The notes under the pieces are model-generated. The model was not told the DNA's origin, ran no database searches, and was given only the letters and a program-made list of their open reading frames with translations. Made by a program: the position numbers and the translations under genes. Shown here piece after piece: positions 10,235-23,989 of a stretch of DNA of 64,000 nucleotides. The DNA is from Laetmonice hystrix. Taxonomy: Eukaryota. The stretch is taken from positions 26,600,001 to 26,664,000 of the forward strand of contig OZ249436.1 in the NCBI GenBank assembly GCA_965235115.1, written 5' to 3'. Every line of letters begins with the position of its first letter. The stretch's first letter is position 1.

Positions 10235-13200
10235 TCTTGACTGTGACAGAAACCTAAGTACGCCTATGGCCCTGAATGGCAAAACTATCTATCCTGCAAC
10301 CATCACTCTATTTCTTAATTTGTTGATGTGACACCGTTGTGTTGGTTAACACACGAAGTATAGAGTCGGAATCGAGACAGGGAACCCAGACGGGGCCCGG
10401 CTGGCGAGCAATAAAACATCTCACAGGAGGAGAGTGGAGATTAGGTTACAGGGAGCGCAGGCAAGTAGGCGAGAACAGCGAGCGCAGGGAGGTAGATAGA
10501 AGGGCGAGAACAGAAAAAAAAAATGTGAGAGTGCAGGCAAGTAGATGGAAGGGCGAGAACAACGAAAAAAATGTGAGAGTGCAGGCAGGTAGATAGAAGG
10601 GCGAGAACAGCGAAGAAAAAAAGCAGGAAAGAGGGGAGGCGAGTAAATGGAACAGCTGTAGGTATAAAAGGTAGATACGGAGATCAGAGAGGGAGAACGG
10701 AGAGAGAGCGAGGAGCGGATAGCAAGGAAATATACGCCCCGGGTGATGGTCGAAGGCTAGCGCGTCGGAGTTGTGCGGAAATCACTTAGCGTATCTTTAC
10801 TGTCGGAAACAGCTAGAGAGTTGGAGGCGAGATTCAAGAGTTACAGCACAGAATCTTCCAAATGACCCAAGTCAAGCCCAAGTTCAAAACTTTCAGGTCA
10901 CATGGTTCAGCGAAAATAGGTCAAATCGCTTATCCGCCTTGCAATCTGGTGGAGCTCTCCCGAGAGAATACTTCTGCCAAATATTGTCAAAATTTGTGAA
11001 AAAATGGGGAAGGAATAACCATTTAAGCGATTTGTGAGCTAGGGACATCCCTAAGTTCAAAGGTCAAAGGTCAAATGAAGGGTCAGACTTATGCAACACC
11101 CTTGCCTGACTAAAACGCCATGACGGATTTTTGAAATTCCCAAGATGAGGTTCAAAAATGGCCTAAATGTACAAAACACGGTTCACGTCATGACGTCATG
11201 ACGTCCATCCCCCTATCGGGGGAAGGGATAATGAGGCCGAGGTCGAGCTCTTCTTAGAGTGAACAGACTATAGAGAGGTTCAACTACTTACCTCTCATGT
11301 AGATCTAGGCCTCCGAAGTTCGATCTCTCGGGTTCGACCTGCTCTTCGCGAACTTCTGGTTAAAAGCGTATTCCATGTAACCCTTAAAATTCGTCAAAAC
11401 CCTTTATAACGCCGAATTTACGAGTAGTTGCCTACTCAAGATGAGTACCTTCTGAGTACCCAAAACTACTCCTTTTGGAGTGCTTGGATTGAGTAGGCAA
11501 AACTACTCAGATTGACGAATAATTTGAGTAGTTTTTGCCCTCTGAGATTTTCGGTGATAGGGGGTGAGTTCCTCAAACAATGAGTAGTGGCAAGTCGGCA
11601 CGACTCTTTAACTGGTTAACCGTTTGTTCTAAATCATGTTTGAAATACAATTTGAGTGTCTAAGGGGCGTTCCTTCACTATCTCGTACCAGTTCCGCTGG
11701 CGGATGTGGCCAATGTTATTAATTAGACTGCGATTGAACAGGTTGTAGATCTTCAACACGTGTATTACCCAGTCTGTCGACGAAAGAAACGGGTTAACGA
11801 TAGCATTGGGCAAACGGACCAGGGAGCATCTAGATATATTTTTTTATCAATCTGTTGCGGTTACTGGTATTTTAGGGCAGAAGGGATGTGTTTCATAATT
11901 TTATGCCTCAACTTATTTTGATCGATCCCGTTGAATAAATAAATCAATAAATAATTAAATAATTAATTTTTAAAAATAGAAAAAATTTAGGGAAAACGGT
12001 GGGCATTAGATTTGTAAGCAGTCATATTATTTGGACGAAATTTAAATCTGCCTATATCTGCCATGATGCAAAATCTATTATGAAATTCATTCTCATACAT
12101 GAACAACGTCTGCGGCGCATGCAGTTGCTGTGTTTGATATATATAGCATGCACGTGATTGTCCCGCTTCCACCGTTGTGTCGCTAGGATTGACAACACAG
12201 CCATATTGCCAATGCCGCCTGGTATTTTTTTAACCAGGCGGCAAGAATGGATTTATGGCAGTATTCATTTTGATGACGTCTTTTATTGTGAATACAGGTT
12301 TATCCTACTGCCGGCCAGAATGAATGTTGACAAATCGTATCATTACCATCGAGTCAAATTAGTTTACATGTCAGAGACAGGGCTCGCGGCTTAAAAAATG
12401 GAAATGGAAGTTTACAATATATATCTCTCCAATCAACAAATAGAACACTAATTGAGATATAGTATGAGTAATTAACCCAGGACCACCTGTCATTCCTGCA
12501 GAAGGCCGCAGTTCTATGGATCATCTAATTAGACTTTGAGGTGGCAGATTAGCAGGAACAGTGAACATTATCTTCAGTGGTTCTAAAGGTCGTGGCTCAA
12601 AGAGAATTCATTACGGATTCAGACTCATTTGAAGTCTCTGGAACATCATAGACAAGCGGCCGATCTAGGTTTTAATTGACCGCGGTATAATATTAAAATC
12701 GAAATTACCCGAGCCAGTTTATTCCCGTTTATCGGTGGGGTGACACAAAAGGGGCAATAAGGACAGATCCACTCTAGAGCTACGGGGCATTCTGGACTAA
12801 TTGGCTTGTCTTATTATAACAAATATAATGTTCTGATACTTTGTGTGCATAGGTAAAGAGAAACATGGTAAATGTATCCATCCCCTTAAATATATCAAAT
12901 ACAAAATAGAAAAAGTGCCCGGATATAATCCCTGCAGAATGGTACCAATGCATTAACACCGATCTTTAATCTAGCAATGGCCGCTAATTAATGTTATCTA
13001 AATCTGGTATCAAGAAATGTTATCTCAAGTTTGGGGTCACTACTCTAATGCCAATGTATCCATTAACCTAATTGCTACGATTGAAGTGTTAGTGATATTT
13101 TTAGCAGGGATATAGGCCTACTTCACGTGCCTCTTATAGGTGGGCCCACTATTGACCAAAAGTGTAAAGAATTTTCATTGTCATCTGAGTTTGGGGAAAA

Positions 13201-16200
13201 GCTTAGTTTTTACTTTGACTTTTTACTTTGACTACCATATACTATCGTATCTTCCATCAACTGCATAACTTTGAGCTGCATAGTTGTCCCTTTCAGAAGT
13301 AACCCGAGCACCCGAAATGTTCACCCAGCGAGTGCTTCCTATACAGAGTGTTCCCCAAAAATGGCCAGGCAACCTCAGAATCTATGTTCCCAAGGATCTA
13401 GAACGGGAATCTTCTTACATGAAAATTAGTCTTTAATTGATCAAAACCAGTTAAGCGAATCAAAAGTTATATTTTTTTTTCTTTGCACTTTCCTTATTTT
13501 TTCTTTCTTTATTCCTTTTTTCTTTGCTCTAAGTTGCCATTACGATTATCAATTACAAATAATTTTCTTTGTCTCTTTTTACGGCGGCCAGTTCTAATCA
13601 GGGGATCTGGTTAGGTAGCATACAGAACAGTCCTTGCTTAACGTAACAGCCATTAAAAGGAGCACTCTAGATGCGGTCTAACATCTATTTATTGAGGCAA
13701 GTGTGCAAAACAGCGAAGGTGATATCAATAATCCGGTAGTGTACACCCCAGATAAAAAAAAGTAATATAGCGCTCCTTTACAGGTGTTCTCGCCAGAGTG
13801 TACCTCACCATGCACTAAAAACGACGCACGTAGTCCATAAAATATAGACCTGTTTATGGGCAAATGTCCACGTGTGCCAAAGTCTGAGGAAACAGTCCCA
13901 GAAACACATTATGGCCACTTCATAAGATAGGCCTATAGGATAAATTGCAGTCTACGAATAAATATGATTGAAAAGATTAAGCAATGTAGAGATCAGAGGG
14001 GCAAATATGTTTTTGTAAAGATGTTGTTGGAGTGGTGAAAACTTATCTCTTATTTCATTAATTAATAATTTGTTTAAAATCACGAAATAAAAAAAAACAA
14101 CATTTCTAAATAACGTTGATGCCCGCAGAAATAATAAAAAAAGGGGAGACACAGCGTAGTTGACAAATAAAATTTAATATTTGCAATATTGTCTACTGTT
14201 GAATGCACATTTACAAATTCAGTAAGAAGTGAGTCTCATCTAGAAATCTTTGTCCTATGCAATGATTTTACAACCCACGCAATAACTAACAATGTTCATA
14301 ACTTATATAGGATAAGCAGACGAATTAATTGGATTGTAATCCTATACGTTTAGTATGGATCCAACATTCAAGCATTCATGAGCGATAGTTTTTTTTATCA
14401 AATATAATGATAGTAATCATATATAGAGAGTTAATGCGTTCATATTATGCACACTTTACAATATATAATTAGCAGTCTATTTACATATTTTCAAAAACAG
14501 CAAGTGTGATAAAATTAAACAATGGTATTATCTCACACATTTTTTATAGCCTTTAATCATAAAAAATATATACATTTGAAAAATACAATGCCAAGTCGAA
14601 AGATAAATACTCTGACATTCGTAGTCCATGTGGGTTTCTTCGACTTTCTTTGGTAATAATCTACAATGTTTCACACGAATACCTTGAATAACAAAATCAG
14701 CCATTTCCTGCAGGCCTTTCGCCGGGTGTGTTCTTCTATATTCCCAAGCATAAAGGAGACCAGATTTTGACCATAAGTTGGCTCCAGAATCAATGCAGGA
14801 AATGAATTTGGCCTACAGTGAACATCAACATCGACAGGCTCAAATTCATGAGGGTGTGTAGAACAGGTGTTACATAAACAGAATGGTAATCCACAAAAGA
14901 CTGGATGACGACTGAAGGTTCAGGTCAGTTTAAGAAACTGGTTGGGTCGTGTCCTATTTCTCAAATATCCTTATCATATCGAGCATGGCAAACTTTAAAT
15001 GATGAACCAAATGAGATTCTTCCGAGAATATGGTGTTTTATCATGGGGCTGCAAAACCTCAAGTCAGGTAGCACTTCAGAGCAGAGATAATACTGATAAT
15101 ACATTTTATACATAATCAAATAATTTTTCAGATAGTGCTCCCCCATGTGAAAAATCGATGCTTGTGACTTCAAAGTCGGTCCAATTTGGCGCAGTACAGA
15201 GCCTTGATGGATGTCACTAAGGCCAAACAAAGAAAGGCGCTTACATTTTTAATCAGTTAAACATATTACTTACCAAATGATATTGTCCTAGCTATGCGTG
15301 ATAATGAACCAGGAAAAGTTCAATACAGTATTAGTATATGAGATTTCGTTTAAACATAGGCCCCCCTATAATCACATTAACAATTCAAACAATACAAACA
15401 ACCAATAATAATAGTAAGGGGTCGTTTCGAAATAAACTATGGGTGTGGTGGTCGGGTGAATCAAACTGCGCCCCAAACCAGGTGCAAAACGGTGCAGGTA
15501 AGCAAATCTAGAAGGCGCCGCCTATAGTAACATCCCGAGGAATCACATTTAAGAGATTCCTATTATGTGAACGTATTCACAAACATCAGCGCTACGATTG
15601 AGACGCGGAGGGGGGGGGGTCTGTTGTTCCCCCATACAGAAAGATCAGTGCGACGGAATCTGCGGTGTTTGGAACAAGTCATAAGAATGTCATGAGAGTG
15701 AACAAGTCATATTAGAATGGACAACCGTTGTGAGTGAGGAGCTGTGGGTCCTTGCACGTCGGGTCGGACGTGACAGAAGCCCATGAGGCCAGGACAGCAG
15801 GGACGACCGTGTCATGCATATTGTATCCCTGTATAAACTGTGTGAACACAAACAACTGGCTGGTGCCAAAGGAACTGCCGACCACTGCGTGCTTTATTCG
15901 GTACAATTTACAGTCATAAATATTGCCGGCTGTCATGTGGTGGAGTGTACGTCGTGCAGGGTCCAGGAATGGTAGGGCCTAACCTTGGGACTTAACTTAG
16001 TCGACATTTACTGCTCAAGCTCAGATTCGGGTTTCATTTTTGTTTTCGGGATGAATAAAAAAACTGTTTCCAGCTCAAGCTCAACCTAAAGCTCAACACC
16101 ACTGAGCTTGACGACAACCCAAGCTCCACCAAGAGATGGGGGTCGGTGGAGAGACGACAAACGTCGACATCCAGAGCCTTGTGAAGAAGTCGGGTGCTTT

Positions 16201-16222
16201 TGTAGGCCTACTCATATATAAT

Positions 16223-17335
16223 CTAGGTGTCATTGACTACCAATTTTTCCTCGTCCGAGGGAAGGGCTTCGGATACTTTGAGAGAAGTGTCTGTTGATTC
16301 TTCCGCCGCGACTTCGGATCGATCGCAGCCGGCTCTGGTTAACACGATGACAACAACCGCTATCATGATTGCCGAGAGAAAAGCAAAAGACGACACGACC
16401 GCCACGATCCACACGTAGCCATTCTCCATCTGATCCACTGGGGTCAGCGTCGTCTGCTTAATCACGCGACTTCTCGGCGAGACTTCTACCCGCGCCTGCG
16501 CACGCAGCGAATCAAGGAGAGCTCGTGAACGTTCAGAGAGAGGGTTATTCGTGAGGTCGACCAACCGCAGTTTGGGCGTGTTAACAAACGAGCGGTTATC
16601 GATCTCCGATATGTTGTTGTCGGCTAAATGTAACTCCTCGAGCAGTGGGGTATTTAATTCTGGGAGATATTGAATGTTGTTTAAATCTAAATACACTGCA
16701 TGCACACCGCTTGGCAGGAGAGGAAATTCAACTAGTCTGTTCCTTTCCAAACTCACAACCTCAAGGGAAGGGACATTTAAGAAATTAGCATACTCCAAGT
16801 TGTTGCTCGACAAAGACAGCAACGACAAATTATGCGTATGCTTAAAGGTTCTAGATTCTATTTTCTTTATGGCATTAAAATCAGCCACAAAATCATGTAG
16901 ATTTCTTAAGTGAAGAAGAGGTAAGCGAGAAATGTTATTCCCTTGAATATGCAATACTCTAACAGTTCCTGGTACGTAAGGGAATACATTCAGTTGATTT
17001 TCAGACAAGTAAAGATGATGAAGGTGATGTAAATGTTTAAACGCTGACGTTGATATGTCAGATATCATATTCTCTGAGAGGCGCAGGTCGATGAGGTTTC
17101 GATATGGTTTGAAATCGTACGAAGATATTTTGTCCGATTGAAACGCCACAAGCTGAAGCCAGGTGAGCATCCTTGGGAGGTTACGTGGGACGCGCGGACA
17201 GAAGCCACATTTGTAGGCGGTGCCGTGCCACACCTGAGAGACGTTGCGGCACCAGCGGCACGGATCTCGGCGGCACGTTACGAGGGAGGTGAGCAGCACG
17301 GTGAAGACCACCAGGCCTCGCCATCCGAACTGCAT
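16223..17335 (-). CDS. Type-I transmembrane leucine-rich repeat protein, 370 aa, single coding exon
   Basis: Signal peptide MQFGWRGLVVFTVLLTSLVTC; Cys-containing N-cap; about 10 LxxLxLxxN repeats; TM VWIVAVVSSFAFLSAIMIAVVVIVL; short acidic tail. The ATG at 17335 (gccATG) is preceded by a splice acceptor ttgcAG (17347-17346), implying an upstream 5'-UTR exon. Confidence 0.88.
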   Translation of the reverse strand: MQFGWRGLVVFTVLLTSLVTCRRDPCRWCRNVSQVWHGTAYKCGFCPRVPRNLPRMLTWLQLVAFQSDKISSYDFKPYRNLIDLRLSENMISDISTSAFKHLHHLHHLYLSENQLNVFPYVPGTVRVLHIQGNNISRLPLLHLRNLHDFVADFNAIKKIESRTFKHTHNLSLLSLSSNNLEYANFLNVPSLEVVSLERNRLVEFPLLPSGVHAVYLDLNNIQYLPELNTPLLEELHLADNNISEIDNRSFVNTPKLRLVDLTNNPLSERSRALLDSLRAQARVEVSPRSRVIKQTTLTPVDQMENGYVWIVAVVSSFAFLSAIMIAVVVIVLTRAGCDRSEVAAEESTDTSLKVSEALPSDEEKLVVNDT

Positions 17336-20300
17336 GGCTGGGACCCTGCAACCGCCAAGAGAAATCACCATTGAAACTTTAGGTAACGACGAAATACTAT
17401 GCATATATGGTAAGGCATGCATGTAAAGTGTCAACCACTTTGTTAAACCATTGTCACTATAAACGTATTTTATACACAGCCGTTGTATGGGATGTTTACT
17501 TATTTGTGTGCCATTTTAGCAGTCATAAAATCATATCCTGACTTCCTTAGTAATAGTTGGGTCTCCCAAACAATACAATCCAGTGAAACTTTATTACAAA
17601 GTTTATTATAACTGTGTGTATCATACATGAATTTGATTGGGATGGCATGTAATTATTGATAGACTGTTGCCTTTATGATGCTGATTCGTTTTAAGACGTG
17701 CATGTCTGAAGTATATCAAGTCAGACATCGTAAAATTACGGAAACCAGTCCGTGCCATGGGGATGCATGGAGAATATTTAATTTCTGACTAAACATTGTT
17801 TTTTGTGGGGTGTCTACATAAAGTGTTTCTGCGCTCACATTAAATATGTTTTCTCCCCACTTCAACATGGGGCACGAATGGGCATTCGTTTGAAACAGAC
17901 GCTAAAATTTAAACAACAATAAAAATGAGTAATGCCTATTATATGTCTATGTACTCTCTCTGTATGTTTCCAAGATGTCTCTACATTTAAATGACCTTGA
18001 ATCGAAGAACGTGATGAAAACGTTTTCAATGCTGTACATAATATTAATGAAAGTTAGAATTTCCCATTACCTAATCAAAACTGTCTTCATCGGCCAGTAA
18101 CTATTATATCAGCTCTCTTCAAGATTGATTGAAGATTTATACTGCATCTTGCATGAGTTTTTGCTTGGATTTTGGTTTCCATTTCAGTAATAATACTGAA
18201 GGTAGTCAGCTATTTTAAATATTGTTTCATCAGACCTGAGATAACGAGCCAGGGGAATGAGATTCTAATACCGCCGACATTAACGTGCTCGGGTGAGGTA
18301 AAGATGAACTAACACAAAGAAATACCCTCAGTGCATCTACTTCGACACGGTACTTTGTGTTCCCAACTGATGCAGTCAAATTGTAATACTCCAATTCAGA
18401 GTTTTTTAATCCTCAACATTGTTGCCTGTAATCACTCCTCATTCCAGCAGCACGCTCTATTAAATCTCCAATACTCTTAAACTTTTTAGAAATGGTAAAT
18501 ATGAAATGCTGATAGTTTGGTTAAGTGCTTTAAATTACGTAGCCTCCTTGATCGGATCCGCCCATCTTTGCTGACATTGAACTTGAAAATATCCTATAAA
18601 TACACAGTCAGTCCTTCCATTATACTATATAGCTATATAAATTCCTAGAATTACACTAGACAATGAACGATAGCGTTAATTACTAATTAAACCAACACAA
18701 TTCAGAACATGACGTCTTCTGACAAGATAGAGGCTAGAAATATAGCAGCAAAAGGTCACCTTCCAATATTTCCTAGTAATTTTATCGGAACATGCCATGG
18801 AGTCATCATAAAGATCAGCTCTGCCATCCACTTCACCTTTTATCGCCCACTCTGCAATAAAACTCTTTCCCAAGTCTACATCCATGGATTACTTCTCATA
18901 AATAATCAGGTACGGTGTTTAGTTCGTGCTGTTAAATCACTAACTACCTTTGCATATAACTACTGTCGTGAAATTCACTTTCACACTTAAATTACAAATA
19001 CACGTCTACCTATTTCCCCCTCCGAGGTCCTGTGGAATATCCCATGTTCGTTTGAAAGCCTCTGAATTCATTCAAACGCAAAAATGATACTAATTTCCAT
19101 GCGTGATGCCAAAGAAGATAGCTGTCTGATAGTCGTGGCAACGTTGCCATCGCTGCCCTATAATTAAATCACCTCTTAAATTGCATTCTAGCAATGAAGC
19201 GAAAGACGACTTCACCATCATATTACATATTATATATAGATAATGTACACACAGCATTGGCTGCTTACAACATGCGTTCATGCTTCCTCTAAATGCCTAT
19301 CGATTGGTAACGGCTATAGGGAAGAAGTCGATGTAATGTGATTTAATGTAACACCGCCCACTTCACATTCCCAGCTTGAACGAAGATTTTATACATCCAG
19401 GTGATTGAGATCTTATCATTCCAACTGTCAGGAACACGTACCGTACACCGATCCCTGGTAACTAGAACACGTAGAGCGTACCATAAGCTGATTAACCGGG
19501 TCGACTCTAACCCCGCTACAGATTAATTACTGCCCATCACTGGTGCGATAGTATGTGACACGGAGGGCGTGCATGAGCAGAAGAATGATGGTATGTCTTC
19601 ATCAAATTCCCATATTGCACTAACAACATTCATATCGACTGCCGGGATCTTTTTTATGGGGAAAATTAGCCTTATAGTTAAAGAACCGTCTCAGATAAAT
19701 AGAAACCATTTCTCAAGAAATGGCCAGAGTGACGTATTTCTACTTAACTCTGACCTATTTCATGGTCAGAAAATAATGGCAAACGAAGACCAAATAATTC
19801 TCTCCCTCTTTTAATAATGAGGAAGAGCTCCTTTACCCAAGGCCAAATGCAAACCCTTTGAACTGTCAATACTAACACAAGGTACAAAATATTATAATGA
19901 ACTGATAGAAAAAATTGATATAAATTGCTTAATATATACATATAAAAAGAAATTGTCAACCTTTCTAATGAGCACTATATAGGATCACTTTTCTATGTTG
20001 TTACAATTAACTGTTATAATCAACCTTGCCCCATTGTACAGGCATCCCATATAACATCCCCGTTGTCCATAAGTTCTTATATAGGCCTACTTATTCTATT
20101 ATACGCCATATATCGTTACAAATATAACACTTGTATCTTGATCAGGGATACCATAAGCATATAGCTTCATTTCCCTAATTAAATATACCGCAAATGATGT
20201 ATGTATATAATGGATTAATAAAATGATTGATTGATTGATTGATTTACCATGCATAAAAATAAACCATTCATATTTCAAACCTAATCATAATTACATTTTC

Positions 20301-20559
20301 TGATAGAGTGGCCCCAAAACTATCGGTTTGAAATCTAGCAGCCCAAATACACACGTTTTTTGATGTTGGCCTTTTCCATGATCTCAGATCCATTCAAAAA
20401 GATAGACTGATAGTTGAAATGAGAAAAATCCATATATTCGTGCGAATATCGCATCTAATATCGAAGTTTAGATGTATACTTGTAGGCCTACGTGTATTTT
20501 AAAGCTCCCCTCGTCAAGTTTAAACTTTCAGATTTCTCTGGGTTTTTTTCTCACTTTTT

Positions 20560-21127
20560 CTGCCCTCAAAATTATTGTAGGTAAAGTTTACTTTGAAGGA
20601 ACTGACAAATACTTGTCCACACGCGGCTGTCCTCCGTCCTGTTGCCAGGCCTGAAATATTAAAGACGTTGTCGATGGGCGCCGGCGGCTTGCAGCCGCAG
20701 ATAACGAGCTGGTTGATGGTTGTCGTGGGAAACCACACGGCGTGTAATGCCACGTTTAACTCCCGTTCCAGATCCAGACCCTGCCACTCTCCTGACTCCA
20801 TGAAACGGGATAAAGGGTTCTCCCGCTCGTTATGGGCCCCCTTTCACCCTCCTTTAGACTACTTACTGTCCAAACCATTCCTTACGCTTCTTCCAGTGTC
20901 TAATACCGTATAGTTTGTAGTCATATACAGCATTTGATGCTCAATGTCTTCGCCAAGAGCTCGTCCAAAGTTAGAGGCGCACTTGCAAGAGGACGTAGTA
21001 TTTTTTGACGGGGCTGCGCGATGTCGGAGTGAAATTTATGTGTGTTTTCGATCGAGTAAATTAAGGCTTCGCCATTCGGTAGTCTTCTCCTGACAGACCT
21101 GACTGAGATGTTGGCCAGAGATTCCAT
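20560..21127 (-). pseudogene. Highly decayed C-terminal fragment of an Academ-like (XPG + Cys-cluster) transposon protein
   Basis: APLTLDELL..., W.....W.P....QLVICGCK...SGL resemble the LPPT...IW...GW...W...LxxCxC tail; frameshifted. Confidence 0.3.
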
Positions 21128-23989
21128 GGTGAGCTACTATCAGGGAGATCTCCTAGTATGCCGGACAGTCAGTCCTAGACTCTTGATGTCAGTATATTAT
21201 TTTGTGTGCATCGATTCAGTATTTCAGTGCAGAATAACACCATCTTCCCCGAAAGGGATAAATCATTGTGCTTGAAACAGGAACTTTAATAGGCAACTAT
21301 GAAAATATAATACATGTACATCCGTAAAGGCTGGTTTTTCTTCTGTTCTCGAGAGAATTAGTACATAATAATATTATAACTCTAGGTCAAAAGCATGAAA
21401 TGCATCGGTTCATCGCCCGATGGATTTATTTGGCTATTCAAGTCAATGCTTCATGGTGACCACAGGCAACTGGAATGTTGAATTTTATTGGATTTTTCCA
21501 TTTCTGTGGGTAAATATTTATTTATTTATGTAGTCTATAAGGTCTTATCTAACCTAACATTCCATGTCTGCATTTTGGAGTCATTGCAATTAGAGATAAC
21601 CTCTGATTGCTTTAGTCAATAAATACTAGCCCTCTATACATGCAAGTGTCGGCCCGGTTTCTCGATTTCTTCAGCAGGAGTACAAAACTAGCAGACGAAG
21701 TTTTGGTATAGGCCAATAAGTAAGTTATATTATAACTGCACAGCAGGATTAAGTCTGTATCTGCATCTGTATATAATGCATAATATATAGCCTACTCCGT
21801 GTTCCTTCCTATATTTGGAAACATCCAACCCACAGACGTTTTGCCAAGGGATGCCTATTCATAACTCTTTCCGTCAATAAACAAGATGCTAAGATGTTTT
21901 TATGTCACTGAAGTCAAGGTTAATTACTGCGTTAACCTTTCCATAAGGCGTAGTTTTAATGAGTGGATTATAATTATGTGTAGAACCCGTTGCTTCTGGA
22001 TAACGCAAGTAGCTATGTACGTAAGTAGCCTACATGCACGTAGGTTCATGTGTCGATGCATGCATGATGCATGGATTTATGCGTATGTGTGCAGAAATAT
22101 AGGTATGTGTTCTGTGCATGTGTAATTATTACAAGTTAGAAAGAAAAATACATTGCATTCTTTGAAAATGTAAATATAGTCCTTCAGATTAATTATCGAG
22201 AAACCTCCTCCGGGAGTCTAGTCTGAATCTTGAAAGTAACGATATATTTTCTTATTTTGTAATGTGGTATCATAGCCATAGGTTTTAAATCATGAGGCGG
22301 AGAACCTCTCACGGCTTGTTGCATTCCTACGTCATTATGCCTCTATAAATGTATGGCTCCACACGGAGGTCCCGTGCTGTGACGTCACAATAACCGTCCC
22401 GATTGGCCCGATCACGTGCTGCCTGTCGAGTGGTCGCACCGATTGCAGACAAAATTGACCACACCCGTGGATATATTTGACTCCATGGACATGTACCAGA
22501 CCATTAGATCGCCTGTCTTGTCGACCTGTACGTTTTAATGTTCAGACTGGGGCCAAAGATTAGAGAGTGATGGATGCATCAGTAGCCTATACTACAGTGG
22601 TTTATGGGGCAGATATAAAAAGGCCCCGAGTCTTGTCTGAAATTTGGTCAGACCCATTTCCCACTCTCTGCATTGTGCCGGGGCTTAGATCTATTCTCCT
22701 GGTAATGGGATATCTTGCTATATTACCGATGGCTGTCTTCCTCACCATTAAACGTGAGGTCGGTTTTCTTTCTGTACAAATCGTGAACTGATTAACTCAG
22801 CCCCAGTGCGGGTCGTTGATCGAAGCAATGTGCCATGAAGTCGTGTCCACTGTGGAACATTTATCTAAGGAATGCGATGTCTTACCGGTCAGCTATGAAT
22901 AGATCCATATAATTCCGAGTAAGACATCGGAAGCTCTCACTGCCTTCAGTCTCCGGCACTCTTTCTATTCATTAACGCTCGTTAAGTCGAGTCAATGGTG
23001 TTCAATGTCGTTAATGCATGGGTCCCAACCAGTCTCAACGAACCAGCAATCTCTGCTGGAGTACGTAGTAACCCGAGTAGCCATGGACAAGGTTTTTGAT
23101 GTACCCCCTATAGGTGATCCAGATCCAACCAGTACAGAAAGGGGACCTTCCCTGATTACCTGTAAGACTGTAAACCAGCTTCCCTCGGCGTGCTGTTCCC
23201 ATTGCGGAAGGACATTCCGTCTACTATCCTTTGCCGAATAATAATATTGATATACCCATTTACAAGAGTATGTTTTTATTAGAATGCCGCCTTTCTGCTG
23301 TCAAGCAGAATTAATGACGATCATATAACATATCATAACTCTGTTTTCTTTAGTTCGTTAGAATTATGATCGGGAGAAGGAAAAATAATTAGGACGGGTC
23401 GGTATTTTCAGTTCATAGCATGCAATGCGTATAATACATAAATCTATAAACCTAAAACCAATCTCACTTCAAGGCAAATAAGAAAAATAGTAATAAGCGT
23501 ACAATTTGGCTGGGCAAAACGCGGTCTGTGGCTGCTTTGAGAAGAGTTATGGAGAATAAAACTCAAGGAAGGTTTTAACGATTTACCATACGGAAGAGGG
23601 ATACTAATGGAAGAACATTATAATAAAACGACATCTCGTTTGTCTATCTCTAAATAGCCATGTAATCGAGATGAAAGCCTGCACCGTATGGATGTCCATT
23701 TTGTGTTTGAACATCAGTACTGCCGCATCTATTGAAACCGTTCGTTTTGTTATTCCGGTCCAGATACTGTCAGATATTAAATTTGTATTTTTCACATTGA
23801 TCACAAAGCGTGGAAGTGGTACTACAGAAAAAAAGTTTGCATAAGGACAGAGTATAACTTCTGAGCGTTTTCACTTCAAACCACTCGTTGGTATCCAATC
23901 CATACAGGTTTTTTTCGGGGACATACTAAAATGAGACATAATATAATTTCGGGACAGGACTCTTTTGGGTACAGCAAGTGTGACTTTGT

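Larger units (their letters stand above)
5192..10970 (-). mobile_element. Decayed near-full-length CR1/L2-type LINE
   Basis: 5' UTR with short tandem repeats (about 10450-10640), ORF1 and ORF2 relics in the expected order, (TTA)n at the 3' side. The 5' boundary is approximate. Confidence 0.9.
2534..11232 (+). mobile_element. Helentron/HINE-like non-autonomous element hosting further insertions
   Basis: Starts after ttt with aactag. Subterminal inverted repeat atcccttcccc (2568-2578) / ggggaagggat (11219-11229). 3' hairpin tccccc-tatc-ggggga. Internal degenerate tandem units built on cataggtcacgtgacct..ggtgtcaaaagaaa. Confidence 0.5.
1754..11556. mobile_element. CAC-terminal (CMC/EnSpm-like) non-autonomous TIR element, inflated by nested insertions
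   Basis: About 103-bp inverted repeats at 1754-1856 (cacagaaaatctcagcgggcacaaactactcaaa...) and 11453-11556 (reverse complement caccgaaaatctcagagggcaaaaactactcaaa...), with subterminal tactca/ttcgtcaa motifs. No clean TSD. Confidence 0.7.

Noticed and set aside
17336..17434. ORF-track N-terminal extension of the LRR protein (403 aa)
   Set aside because: Non-ATG start, mostly upstream of a splice acceptor; the signal peptide begins at ATG 17335.
18000..23240. Possible very old LINE fragments (about 18.0-18.9 kb and 22.6-23.2 kb; also 46.3-47.5 kb)
   Set aside because: Only faint motif echoes; too degraded to call by eye.
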